Virus record (IMG/VR): IMGVR_UViG_3300035698_009139
Source: a virus
Direction: 5' to 3' (one strand)
DNA: 64,000 nucleotides
Each line of letters starts with the position of its first letter. Within the stretch, counting starts at the first letter, position 1. The notes under the pieces were generated by a model that did no database searches, was not told where the DNA came from, and saw only the letters and a list, made by a program, of their open reading frames with translations. The translations under genes and the position numbers were made by a program. Below, one piece after another: positions 20,947-30,853 of the stretch.

Positions 20947-21586
20947 AGCAACGGTTGAGTATGTCGATCATATGGGTAGCGATCTATCGGTGGTCAATGC
21001 TGCTCGTGTATCCTTTGACAAGCATCACGAGATATTTAAACAGCCTGATGATGAAGGGCTGATCAAATATTTGGCCAGAGAAGGACACTGGAGCCCATTT
21101 GCTCACACGACTATACAGATAAGAGTAAGTTGTTGTTTTGCAATTGCTAAGCAGCTGGCGAAGCACCAGGTGGGGTTTGCATGGAACGAGATCAGTAGAC
21201 GCTACGTTGATTTTGAGCCATCATACTTCAAACCGACCGACTGGCGTTCATCGTCTGCTGACAAGAAGCAAGGTTCTGGTGAGGCTCTAGCTTCACAGAC
21301 TGTGGTGGATAAAGTTTACATGGATGCGATCGCAGACGCCAATGAGGCATATAATAGGTTACTAGCATTGGGCGTATGTGCAGAGCAAGCTAGATTTGTG
21401 ATGCCCCTGGGTGCCATGACGACGTGGTATTGGACGGGGTCTGTTTATGGTTTTGCGCGAGTGTTTAACCAGCGATCAAAAGAAGGGCACAATGCCCAAG
21501 AAGAAGCCGAGGATGTCGCAAAACTGATCGTCCAGATATGCAACCAACACTTTCCAGTCTCTTGGAAGTATCTTACAGGAAAATAA
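20933..21586 (+). CDS. thyX: flavin-dependent thymidylate synthase
   Basis: VVNAARVSF, HWSPF, KHQVG..WNEISRRY, EQARFVMP. Confidence 0.95.
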   Translation: MEFLKATVEYVDHMGSDLSVVNAARVSFDKHHEIFKQPDDEGLIKYLAREGHWSPFAHTTIQIRVSCCFAIAKQLAKHQVGFAWNEISRRYVDFEPSYFKPTDWRSSSADKKQGSGEALASQTVVDKVYMDAIADANEAYNRLLALGVCAEQARFVMPLGAMTTWYWTGSVYGFARVFNQRSKEGHNAQEEAEDVAKLIVQICNQHFPVSWKYLTGK

Positions 21587-21592
21587 CTAAAA

Positions 21593-23380
21593 ATGCAGTA
21601 CGAAGGTATCGAGATCGATTTGTCTCGCGACGAACTATTTGACAAACTTGGCCTGATTCGCCTACAAGAATCATATATGAGAGACGACGAGACCAGCCCA
21701 CAGCATCGATTTGCATACGTGGCTAAACGATTCGGTACAGATATAGCACATTCGCAACGACTGTATGATTATATGTCGAAGCATTGGCTGTCGTGCAGCA
21801 CGCCTATTCTTAGTTACGGCCGCACGGAGCGCGGTCTGCCAATCAGTTGCTATCTAAATTACATTGACGATAGCTCGGCAGGATTGGTGGACACATTATC
21901 TGAGACCAACTGGCTTTCGATGCTCGGCGGAGGGGTTGGAATAGGTTTCGGTATGCGAGCGGCTGGCGAGAAGTCTACTGGCGTCATCCCACATCTTAAA
22001 CTGTATGATGCATCGTCTCTGGCTTATCGTCAAGGCAAAACGCGCCGCGGAAGTTATGCAGCATATCTAAACATCGACCATCCAGACATCACCCAGTTCC
22101 TCGAGATGCGTAAGTCCACGGGCGACCAAAACTTACGTTGCCTGAATCTCCATCACGGTATCAACATCTCCGATAAGTTCATGCAGATCATTGAGAATCT
22201 GATGACAGATCCGAATGCTGATGACACATGGAATCTGATTGACCCACACACCAATAGTGTGACGGAAGTAGTCAGCGCACGTGAGTTGTGGCAGAAGATC
22301 ATGGAATTGCGAATGCAGACCGGCGAACCTTATATGCATTTCATCGACACAAGTAACAAGCATTTACCGCAGTGGCTGAAGGACAGAGGCCTGGAAATAC
22401 GCCAGTCTAATCTGTGTAGTGAAATCATTCTGCCGACCAATGAAGACCGCACTGCAGTATGCTGCTTGAGTTCGCTGAATTTGGAACACTATGACGCGTG
22501 GCGCCGCAACCCTGGCTTCTTGCAGGACGTTGCTGAGATGTTGGACAATGTGCTGCAGTTTTTCATCGACACGGCTCCTGACACAATCAGCCGGGCTATC
22601 TATAGTGCAACACGTGAACGATCGATTGGTATTGGTGCCCTCGGCTTCCACGCATACCTGCAGAAGAATGGTATTCCGTTTGAGAGTGCGATGGCTAAGT
22701 CTGCTAACATCCGTTTATTCAAATACATCCGCACATCACTGGATGCAGCCAATCTTGTGTTGGGCAAGGAACGCGGTGAGGCACCAGACGCAGAGGGAAC
22801 AGGCCTGCGGTTCAGTCATTTGATGGCAATCGCTCCGAACGCATCATCGTCAATTATCATGGGCAACACATCGCCTTCGATTGAACCATATCGGGCTAAT
22901 GCATATCGTCAGGATACATTGTCCGGATCTCATATGAATAAGAATCGCCACTTGGATGCACTGATCAAAAAGCATTGTGAGGGTGATACGGCAATGTATG
23001 ATCGAATTTGGTCGTCGATCATTTCTAATGACGGTAGCTGTCAGCACTTGTCGTGGATGGAAGATTACGACAAAGATGTATATAAGACAGCAATGGAAAT
23101 CGATCAGCGCTGGGTGATAGAACATGCAGCAACCAGGCAGCAATGGATCGATCAAGCACAGTCATTGAACTTATTCTTTCGGCCGGACAGCAACATCAAG
23201 TATTTACATGCGTGCCATTTTCTCGCTTGGAAATCTGGACTAAAGACGCTATACTATTGTAGGTCAGAGAAAATCGGTAAGGCCGATAAGGTCGCAAAGA
23301 AGATCGAGCGACAAATCATCAAAGAATTAGATTTTGAAGCAATCATCGCAGGTGATGATTGCATAGCATGTGAGGGATAA
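21593..23380 (+). CDS. nrdA: class I ribonucleotide reductase alpha subunit (no ATP cone)
   Basis: PISC, QSNLCSEI, AIAPNASSS, KTLYYCR, C-terminal CIACEG. Confidence 0.95.
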   Translation: MQYEGIEIDLSRDELFDKLGLIRLQESYMRDDETSPQHRFAYVAKRFGTDIAHSQRLYDYMSKHWLSCSTPILSYGRTERGLPISCYLNYIDDSSAGLVDTLSETNWLSMLGGGVGIGFGMRAAGEKSTGVIPHLKLYDASSLAYRQGKTRRGSYAAYLNIDHPDITQFLEMRKSTGDQNLRCLNLHHGINISDKFMQIIENLMTDPNADDTWNLIDPHTNSVTEVVSARELWQKIMELRMQTGEPYMHFIDTSNKHLPQWLKDRGLEIRQSNLCSEIILPTNEDRTAVCCLSSLNLEHYDAWRRNPGFLQDVAEMLDNVLQFFIDTAPDTISRAIYSATRERSIGIGALGFHAYLQKNGIPFESAMAKSANIRLFKYIRTSLDAANLVLGKERGEAPDAEGTGLRFSHLMAIAPNASSSIIMGNTSPSIEPYRANAYRQDTLSGSHMNKNRHLDALIKKHCEGDTAMYDRIWSSIISNDGSCQHLSWMEDYDKDVYKTAMEIDQRWVIEHAATRQQWIDQAQSLNLFFRPDSNIKYLHACHFLAWKSGLKTLYYCRSEKIGKADKVAKKIERQIIKELDFEAIIAGDDCIACEG

Positions 23381-23382
23381 TT

Positions 23383-23964
23383 ATGAATTTTCTACCAATA
23401 CAGAAGATGTCGGCTGATAAACTGGTTTTTGCTATGTGTGCTAAATATGCTAAACCTAACGGTCTTGGCTTCTCTATAGAGAAGCATGAGGTGGGGCTAG
23501 ACGTTGAAGCCAATATGTCGAAAGCCGTATCCCAATTGATGCAAGAAAAGTTTGAAATGTTGGACCGGCCAGTTGATATGAAGTGGAACCCACCACATCA
23601 CAACAAATGGCAGAAGATCATCCGCATCATTCGAGGCACAGGAGATGATATACATCCACTTAATCATGCCATACACCGCGCGGGCAACAAAATTGCGAAG
23701 CGGACACGAAGGGGTATAGGTAATGTGTTGATTTATAATCCGGGTTGGACACATTACGGAATGGAATCCTCTCTGACTGGCACCCCGGTCACAAAGATCC
23801 GCCACCCACTATGCCCTCTTGATAAAATGCTCTTGTTGTATATGGGAGAGAATGATTTCGATGCTGGTTATATGTACGTGGAAGGAAGTGGGTTGTTTAA
23901 GCAACCTGATAGATTTTGCAAAGCAGAAGATTATGGCATGTGGATCCAGCTAGACAATGGTTGA
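23383..23964 (+). CDS. condensed gp23/gp24 capsid-like protein
   Basis: GFSIEK, NKIAKRTRRGIGN and YMGENDFDAGYMY resemble gp23 blocks. Confidence 0.6.
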   Translation: MNFLPIQKMSADKLVFAMCAKYAKPNGLGFSIEKHEVGLDVEANMSKAVSQLMQEKFEMLDRPVDMKWNPPHHNKWQKIIRIIRGTGDDIHPLNHAIHRAGNKIAKRTRRGIGNVLIYNPGWTHYGMESSLTGTPVTKIRHPLCPLDKMLLLYMGENDFDAGYMYVEGSGLFKQPDRFCKAEDYGMWIQLDNG

Positions 23965-24547
23965 AATTATTTGGCATCAAAACCCGCTGAGATCAGAAGT
24001 GCTTCTGAACGACAACGACAAGCAGTTGCTCTGGCATAAAGTTAAGATCGAGGAATTGCTGAATGGCATGTGCGGGGCTCACATGTATATACAAGATGCC
24101 CTCAAATCACGTTGGTGGGTACCTGCAGGTATCATAAAGAAGGCCCTCAAAGAGCTGGATTATACTGATGCGATCGATGCCGAAGTTGATCGAATGACAG
24201 AAGTGTGCATCCAAGACTTGAGGGGATGGCATATGGGAGATTGCACTTGTTTCGCAAACAGCTGTGCAAAGTGTCATGCCGAACACATGCTAGGAATTGA
24301 CACCATTAAAGGCTTAGGGAAACATGCTGGGTCCTATGTGTCGTCAGCATTCGACAGCACTGTGCTTGGCGCCCCTGAGCGTACGACTGCTGAGGCGATC
24401 GACGTGTTGATAAATCGAGACGACTCCGAGAAAACGGACACATGGTCTAATTATTCTGATGAGCAATGGGATAAATTAGTTGCCCGATGGAACGGGGAAC
24501 GCAAAGAGGCAATTAAATGGTTAAAGGTCTATCAAGCAAATCTTTAG
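23957..24547 (+). CDS. hypothetical protein with metal-binding motif
   Basis: HMGDCTC..SCAKC. Confidence 0.6.
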   Translation: MVEIIWHQNPLRSEVLLNDNDKQLLWHKVKIEELLNGMCGAHMYIQDALKSRWWVPAGIIKKALKELDYTDAIDAEVDRMTEVCIQDLRGWHMGDCTCFANSCAKCHAEHMLGIDTIKGLGKHAGSYVSSAFDSTVLGAPERTTAEAIDVLINRDDSEKTDTWSNYSDEQWDKLVARWNGERKEAIKWLKVYQANL

Positions 24548-24549
24548 TA

Positions 24550-24777
24550 ATGCCCGTGTGTGACACTAAACGTCACTTGGTGTGCTACCCATACAATAAA
24601 CAAAACCTGCATTTAATGGCCAAGGTTATGGGCATAGGCCGACACTGGTTTCACAAAGACCACTATGATATACCGAAAAGACGGCGACCAGAAATAGAAT
24701 CTAAATGCTTCAAGGTGAGTAGCAAAGAGATCGTACAAATAATAAAAGGCGGAGAGCTAGAATGGCTAAAGATCTAA
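24550..24777 (+). CDS. DUF4031-like protein
   Basis: LHLMAKVMGIGRHWFH..HYDI. Confidence 0.6.
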   Translation: MPVCDTKRHLVCYPYNKQNLHLMAKVMGIGRHWFHKDHYDIPKRRRPEIESKCFKVSSKEIVQIIKGGELEWLKI

Positions 24778-25733
24778 AACTAACAGACGAACGCAATTAC
24801 TTTAAGCCATTCCATTATCCTTGGGCGTACGATGCATGGTTAATGCACGAGCAAAGTCACTGGTTGCACACGGAAGTTCCTATGCTGGATGACGTCAAAG
24901 ACTGGCGCCTGCGTCTGTCAGATGCTGAGAAGCATTTCCTAACTCAGATCTTCCGCTTCTTCACTCAGGGTGATATTGACGTAGCTGATGGGTACGTCAA
25001 TAATTTTCTGCCGTACTTCCCGCAGCCAGAAGTCCGTATGATGCTCGTAGGGTTCGCTGCACGAGAAGCTCTGCATATTGCTGCATACAGCCACCTAATC
25101 GAAACATTGGGAATGCCAGAAAGCACGTACAGTGAGTTCTCCGAATACAAGGAGATGCAGAACAAGCACGATTACATTCAGAAGCTAAGTGGTAAGAGCG
25201 CCAAGAATGTGGCGCAACAGATTGCAGCGTTCTCAGCATTCACAGAAGGGATGCAACTGTTCAGCTCATTCATCATGCTGCTGAATTTTCCTCGCCACGG
25301 CAAGATGAAGGGTATGGGGCAAATCATCACTTGGTCAATCGTTGATGAGACGATGCACGCCGAGTCAATGATCAAGCTGTTCCGAACATTCATTGAAGAG
25401 AATAAAGATATTTGGAACGACGAGCTGAAAGGCGAGATCTACTCCATTGCAGAGAAAATGGTCAGCCTGGAAGACGAGTTCATCGACCTAGCATTCAAGA
25501 TGGGGTCGGTGGAGAATCTGACGGCCGATGAAGTCAAGAAGTACATCAGGTACATCGCCGACCGTCGATTGATTTCACTGGGGATGAAAGGCATCTTCCA
25601 CGTAAGAACGAACCCGTTGCCATGGGTTGAAACAATGATTAATGCACCCACGCATACGAACTTCTTTGAGAACAGGGCAACGGATTATGCTAAGGGTGCG
25701 TTGGAAGGTGACTGGGGAGAGGTGTGGGCGTAA
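24762..25733 (+). CDS. nrdB: ribonucleotide reductase beta subunit
   Basis: FRFFTQGD, EALHIAAYS, EGMQLFSSF, DETMH, NFFENRATDY. Confidence 0.95.
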   Translation: MAKDLKLTDERNYFKPFHYPWAYDAWLMHEQSHWLHTEVPMLDDVKDWRLRLSDAEKHFLTQIFRFFTQGDIDVADGYVNNFLPYFPQPEVRMMLVGFAAREALHIAAYSHLIETLGMPESTYSEFSEYKEMQNKHDYIQKLSGKSAKNVAQQIAAFSAFTEGMQLFSSFIMLLNFPRHGKMKGMGQIITWSIVDETMHAESMIKLFRTFIEENKDIWNDELKGEIYSIAEKMVSLEDEFIDLAFKMGSVENLTADEVKKYIRYIADRRLISLGMKGIFHVRTNPLPWVETMINAPTHTNFFENRATDYAKGALEGDWGEVWA

Positions 25734-25978
25734 GACATTTTGTAAAGTGGCCGCTTAGATTATTCGTTTGGAAGTGGTCTGCTCTTCTTTTAAAACTAGC
25801 AGGGTTCCCTTCTCTTTTAACTAGATATAAAATTGCGAAGGTGCGGAGAGATTTCATGCGCGGACTGCGCAGAGTGTATCCCGGCCTGGTTGCTGAAGAA
25901 TTGATAGGTGTTCAACCAATGACAAAGGATGCCGGCCAAATATTTACAATGAGGGTTAAAAACAATGTACGTGATTAA
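25724..25978 (+). CDS. small protein carrying a gp23 Gol-like segment
   Basis: LRRVYPGLVAEELIGVQPMTKDAGQIFTMR; GGAGAGG RBS. Confidence 0.6.
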   Translation: MGVRHFVKWPLRLFVWKWSALLLKLAGFPSLLTRYKIAKVRRDFMRGLRRVYPGLVAEELIGVQPMTKDAGQIFTMRVKNNVRD

Positions 25979-26492
25979 TATGTTCGGCGGACCGGGCAGC
26001 GGCAAGAGTACAACTGCTGCAGGCCTGTTCCATTTGATGAAGTTGAAGAAATATAATGTTGAGCTAGTAACAGAGTACGCAAAAGATTTGACGTACGAAG
26101 GCCGGTTCACTACACTGAAAAATCAGCTATATGTAACAGGGTGTCAGTTCCAGCGAATGGAGCGGATGAGAGATAAGGTTGATTTCTTAATCACTGATAG
26201 TCCGATGTTGTTTGGCTTGATGTATGCCCCACCAGAATACCCACAATCATTCCGGAACATGGTCGTCGACTTTCACAATATGTTCAACAACATCAATGTG
26301 ATGATAGGCCGGTCTAAGGAGTACACGCCACTTGGCCGAAACCACAATGAAGAGCAAGCTCGGTGGTTAGACAAAGAATGCTTAGAAATACTCCACCATA
26401 AGAAAATCAGGCCCGGCAACTACATCAAGGTGGATGGAGATCCCGACGCGGCCGCAAATATCCTGAAAGCAGTTGAGGCGAAGAAACTATGA
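25965..26492 (+). CDS. P-loop kinase (AAA_28/NadR-like)
   Basis: GGPGSGKST, VTEYAKD, ITDSP. Confidence 0.75.
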   Translation: MYVINMFGGPGSGKSTTAAGLFHLMKLKKYNVELVTEYAKDLTYEGRFTTLKNQLYVTGCQFQRMERMRDKVDFLITDSPMLFGLMYAPPEYPQSFRNMVVDFHNMFNNINVMIGRSKEYTPLGRNHNEEQARWLDKECLEILHHKKIRPGNYIKVDGDPDAAANILKAVEAKKL

Positions 26493-27001
26493 ACAAGTGG
26501 GACCGCCGATATCTTAGCTTGGCCCTATTCGTCAGCACTTGGTCGAAAGATCCAAGTACTCAAACTGGTGCAGTAATTATCCGACCAGACAATAGTATTG
26601 CATCTATCGGGTTCAATGGATTCCCTCGCGGCGAAAATGACGACCCTGAGCTGTATTTGGACAGAGATTATAAATACAAAAACATCATCCATGCCGAGAT
26701 CAACGCCATAGGGAACGCTAATGAAGATGTTGATGGATACACATTGTATCAGTGGCCCGGATACAGTTGCTCGGATTGCGCAACTGTTATTAGAGATCAT
26801 GGCCTTGCCCGTGTGGTTAATTTTGAACCGACAAAAGATTTTATCGACAGGTGGGGCGAAGAGTTTGACAGGGCGTCAGTAATATTCAAAGTCAGTCGCA
26901 TCCAAGTTGATTTGATAGAGCGAACTCTTCTGTTCAATATGCTGGAATCCGTAACACTTAGCATGCAACAATTGACGAAGACGGCGATCAAGTACATGTA
27001 A
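26489..27001 (+). CDS. cd: dCMP deaminase
   Basis: WSKDPSTQTGAVI, GFNGFPRG, HAEINAI, CSDC. Confidence 0.9.
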   Translation: MNKWDRRYLSLALFVSTWSKDPSTQTGAVIIRPDNSIASIGFNGFPRGENDDPELYLDRDYKYKNIIHAEINAIGNANEDVDGYTLYQWPGYSCSDCATVIRDHGLARVVNFEPTKDFIDRWGEEFDRASVIFKVSRIQVDLIERTLLFNMLESVTLSMQQLTKTAIKYM

Positions 27002-27061
27002 AGAATCATCCTATTTGCCATAATTACCCATAGCAGGGAATTAGAATGATAGGATGCACTA

Positions 27062-27508
27062 GTGAGTTACGACAACCCTTGGACGTTTAATGGACAACTT
27101 TTTGACACAGATCAGATCAACAAATCCGAAGGATTCGTTTATATGGTCATCAACCAGCAGACGGGCCAAAAATACATCGGGCGAAAATACTTCTTTGAAA
27201 TACGAAAGGTTCGTGGTAAGCTACGACGTCAACGTAGAGAAAGCAATTGGAAATCTTACTACGGCTCAAGTGAACGCATTAAAGCTGATATCGAAGAGAT
27301 TGGACGAGAAGCTTTCTTACGCACTATACTATCCATACACAAGACACGAGGCGACTGCAACTATGCCGAGGTACGAGAACAATTTTCTCACAACGTGTTG
27401 GAATCCGAAGGCTACTACAACGACAACATATCAGGCAAGTGGCATAATAAACCTCTGCATATCATAGAAGGAAGACGTATATCTAATGGATCAATCTTCA
27501 TTACCTGA
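27062..27508 (+). CDS. GIY-YIG family nuclease
   Basis: GFVY...KYIGRK, YYGSS, YYNDNI. Confidence 0.8.
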   Translation: MSYDNPWTFNGQLFDTDQINKSEGFVYMVINQQTGQKYIGRKYFFEIRKVRGKLRRQRRESNWKSYYGSSERIKADIEEIGREAFLRTILSIHKTRGDCNYAEVREQFSHNVLESEGYYNDNISGKWHNKPLHIIEGRRISNGSIFIT

Positions 27509-28079
27509 ACACCTCGGCGGCCATATGAATAAGACCCATGTGGATGGAGGCGCTCTTCGTCTACTGAGAAAGAAATTCAATATTGAAACAATGCTCGACA
27601 TTGGCTGTGGCACCGGGGGAATGGTGGAGCTGGCTGATAGTTTAGGCATACAAGCGGAAGGAGTAGATGGTGACTTCACATTGGCGAAGCAGTGGGAACA
27701 AGCGAACATATTCGTCCACGTCCACGATTTCAGCAAAGGACCGCCAAACCTATACGAAGGCACCCAATATGATCTCGGCTGGTCTGTCGAATTTCTTGAA
27801 CATGTTGAGCAGCAGTATATGGATAATTATTTTGCTTTCTTTAATGTGTGCCGGTATGTTGTATGTACTGCTGCGCCGCCTGGTTGGGCAGGACACCACC
27901 ACGTAAATTGCCAGACCAAAGAATATTGGATTGAAGAATTCTCGAAGCGCGGCTTTTCATTCGATCAACAGATGACTGATGATATTCATAAAGCATCAAC
28001 AATGACTAAGCCGTTTATGGCGCAGACAGGGATGTTTTTCGAAAACAAAAGCAAGATTTGGCCCGACATAGATGATTAA
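27486..28079 (+). CDS. SAM-dependent methyltransferase
   Basis: LDIGCGTG, WSVEFLEH, GHHHVNCQ..YW. Confidence 0.85.
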   Translation: MDQSSLPEHLGGHMNKTHVDGGALRLLRKKFNIETMLDIGCGTGGMVELADSLGIQAEGVDGDFTLAKQWEQANIFVHVHDFSKGPPNLYEGTQYDLGWSVEFLEHVEQQYMDNYFAFFNVCRYVVCTAAPPGWAGHHHVNCQTKEYWIEEFSKRGFSFDQQMTDDIHKASTMTKPFMAQTGMFFENKSKIWPDIDD

Positions 28080-28851
28080 TGTTCGTGGTGCATTAGGCAC
28101 CCAAGTGATTGAATTACTAGCTGCACTGGCCCGCCTTGCTGAGAATGGTGAGAAGATTGAGAACAGAAGTTCTGGGTGGCGGCCATCGTCATATGGGTTA
28201 TCACGAGAAACGAGCTCAGCCATACCACAAGCCCCGGCGTGGTTCATCAATATCAATGCTGGTGGCGATGTAGTGGACACCGTCCGTGAAGACTATTTAA
28301 GTCAGTTGATATGCAATGTAAGCTGTACGGTTGATCTGAACGGGACTAAGAAAACTGGCGGTTGGAATGTTGAAGACTTCCGGCTGATCAAAAAGCACAA
28401 CGCGGCTATCTGTGATGCGCTGGTGTTCCGTAATATGAACAACAGCGTGTATCTAAAAGAACTGATACACGTTAGAGGCAAGGATCGACAACTGATATCG
28501 ACCAACACGTACATCAAAATGTACGACAAGCTACGGCTGCCAGTTATTGGAGACGACCCGCACATCATAGATATAATGACGTATGAGGATAACTATATAG
28601 GACACGTGCATAGACGTATGGGCATTGACTACACTGCGGCCCAGGATTGGATGACCGTGCTGAATGCAGATGTGGTGCATTGCAGCATTAGTTCGTTTGT
28701 GATCAGTGCACTATTGTTGGACCCAATGAAAGAGGCTCACATCATCCGCCCCACAGAGGGCGCCCCACATAAAGTCAGTTCGCACGTGGTCGACGCAGTA
28801 GAATTTTTAGCGCAGGAGTGGCCGAATGTTACTTTCGATGAGTTTAAATAG
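28072..28851 (+). CDS. GT11-like fucosyl/colitosyltransferase
   Basis: GALGTQ (cf. GGLGNQ), IHVRGKD (cf. HVRRGD), ISSF (cf. STF). Confidence 0.55.
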   Translation: MINVRGALGTQVIELLAALARLAENGEKIENRSSGWRPSSYGLSRETSSAIPQAPAWFININAGGDVVDTVREDYLSQLICNVSCTVDLNGTKKTGGWNVEDFRLIKKHNAAICDALVFRNMNNSVYLKELIHVRGKDRQLISTNTYIKMYDKLRLPVIGDDPHIIDIMTYEDNYIGHVHRRMGIDYTAAQDWMTVLNADVVHCSISSFVISALLLDPMKEAHIIRPTEGAPHKVSSHVVDAVEFLAQEWPNVTFDEFK

Positions 28852-29830
28852 AGCAGTAGTTAAAGGACATTTGTCCAGTGTTGAACTCGAAAAGATCCGG
28901 CGGATAGAAGCCCCGTTTGCTAAAAGGTATGACGAAGGAACGCTATCGCTCAGTGATCTACCTGCACTGTGGATAGCTACGTGCGCGACAGCGGCAGTGA
29001 TTGTTGGCGATAAGTTTTATGGGTTCACACTGAACGGCAGCAAGAACTTATCAGATTCTGATTTGATAGCTGACACAAACATGAATGAGAGAGGCCTACA
29101 CATTATGCGTGTAGTGTATTCCCATTACAACTACATGGCCCGGGCAGGATCTCGAGTGATTCCAACCGGCTTAATGATGTTGAAAGATTTTCTGCCAGAC
29201 GACCAACGTAAGAATGTAGCCAGAGACATTGATCTGACCCATTGGTTCTCTAACAAGCAGCCAGACAACATGCCCAGTACTCCGGCCATTATGCAGATGA
29301 TTGATTCGAGTGGTATGAAAGAGTTTGTAGCAAGAGCAGCGGGCCTGAAGCCCGATGACAAAGAGTTCCAGGCGAACTACAAAAGCAACACGTTTATTCA
29401 GCGGCTGGTTATTCGCCCAGATGACAATGATGAGCAGAAAGTAGCTCATTCTGATATCTTTTTCCCAGCTGTCAAATTCTGGTACTTCCCGGATAGGGTG
29501 GAAGACGGCCTCGGCGCATTCAATTACACAACAGGCCACAACAACCAGCTAACATATAAGATGTTGGACATGTTGTACACCATGTCAGTAGAGGCTTGCT
29601 TTGGGACATACGCACCATGGAGAGGCCGCGGTCACGTAGAGGGTAGTTTCCGATTCAGTCCAGAAGAGTTGGCAGAGTGTGGGATGTCCTGTGATCCGGT
29701 TCCAGTGGAAGCAAATACGTTAGTGATTGCAAATGTGTTCTGGCCGCATCGTCGAGGAGACACAATCAAGAAGGTGACCCGTAGCGCCATACATGGATCG
29801 ATAAGAGTGAAGCAACCGTTTAGGAGTTAA
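28838..29830 (+). CDS. PhyH-like 2OG-Fe(II) dioxygenase
   Basis: AHSDIF (HxD), GAFNY, NTLVIANVFWPHRRG. Confidence 0.65.
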   Translation: MSLNRAVVKGHLSSVELEKIRRIEAPFAKRYDEGTLSLSDLPALWIATCATAAVIVGDKFYGFTLNGSKNLSDSDLIADTNMNERGLHIMRVVYSHYNYMARAGSRVIPTGLMMLKDFLPDDQRKNVARDIDLTHWFSNKQPDNMPSTPAIMQMIDSSGMKEFVARAAGLKPDDKEFQANYKSNTFIQRLVIRPDDNDEQKVAHSDIFFPAVKFWYFPDRVEDGLGAFNYTTGHNNQLTYKMLDMLYTMSVEACFGTYAPWRGRGHVEGSFRFSPEELAECGMSCDPVPVEANTLVIANVFWPHRRGDTIKKVTRSAIHGSIRVKQPFRS

Positions 29831-29833
29831 ATT

Positions 29834-30853
29834 ATGAAGGCGTTTATTACAGGAATCACCGGCCAAGATGGATCGTATCTGGCTGAGTTACTTCTGGCCA
29901 AGGGCTACGAGGTACATGGAATGAAGCGGAGGTCATCTTCATTCAACACCGCACGCATCGACCACATCTTTGATGACCTCCATTTGCATTATGGAGACAT
30001 GACAGACTCAGTAGCCTTGTCCCGCCTGGTCAAGGAAATTCAACCAGATGAAGTATACAACCTGGCTGCACAGAGTCACGTTGCGGTTAGCTTCGAGTCA
30101 CCAGACTACACGGCAACGTGTGATGCGCTGGGTACACTGCGGCTACTGGAGGCTATCAGAGCAGCATCACCAACCCCATTCATTCGGACCAAATTCTATC
30201 AAGCGTCAACGTCTGAGCTGTTTGGTAATTCACCAGCACCTCAGAATGAAGAGACCAGGTTTGCACCAGAGAGTCCGTACGGTACCGCTAAGTTATATGC
30301 ATACCACATCACAAAGAACTATCGCACGGCGTATAATATGTTCGCGGTTAACGGTATTCTATTTAACCACGAGAGTCCCCGCCGAGGAGAGACATTCGTC
30401 ACACGTAAAGTGACGATGGCTGTTGCAGAGTATGCTAGGTTCTCACCCTGGCCCTCCCCAGCCAGCTGGAATCCAATACAGTTAGGCAACACGACTGCTA
30501 AAAGAGATTGGACGCATGCGAAGGACATGGTGGAAGGTATGTGGATGATGCTGCAACGATCTGATCCTGCTGATTTTGTTATGGGGTCCGGCAAGAGCCA
30601 TACTATTCGTGAATTGGTGGATGTGGCTTTCCAATGCATTGGCGTCAAAACTAGATGGAATGAGGCCGGGAATTGTTATGATAATAATTCAGGCACAATG
30701 CTGGTACAAACGAATGCTAGATATAAACGTCCGAATGAGGTATGGAACCTACAGTCAGATCCTTCGAAAGTGAAAGAGGATCTCGGATGGGAACCAAAGA
30801 TTTCATTCAAACAGCTTATCGCAGAAATGGTACAGGCAGATTATGACAGTTAA
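29834..30853 (+). CDS. gmd: GDP-mannose 4,6-dehydratase
   Basis: ITGITGQDGSYLAE, LAAQSHV, QASTSELFG, NHESPRRGETFVTRK. Confidence 0.97.
   Translation: MKAFITGITGQDGSYLAELLLAKGYEVHGMKRRSSSFNTARIDHIFDDLHLHYGDMTDSVALSRLVKEIQPDEVYNLAAQSHVAVSFESPDYTATCDALGTLRLLEAIRAASPTPFIRTKFYQASTSELFGNSPAPQNEETRFAPESPYGTAKLYAYHITKNYRTAYNMFAVNGILFNHESPRRGETFVTRKVTMAVAEYARFSPWPSPASWNPIQLGNTTAKRDWTHAKDMVEGMWMMLQRSDPADFVMGSGKSHTIRELVDVAFQCIGVKTRWNEAGNCYDNNSGTMLVQTNARYKRPNEVWNLQSDPSKVKEDLGWEPKISFKQLIAEMVQADYDS

Noticed and set aside
4290-25733. Introns or inteins in gp43, gp41, nrdA, nrdB, thyX
   Set aside because: The ORFs are continuous and of normal length, with no splicing motifs seen
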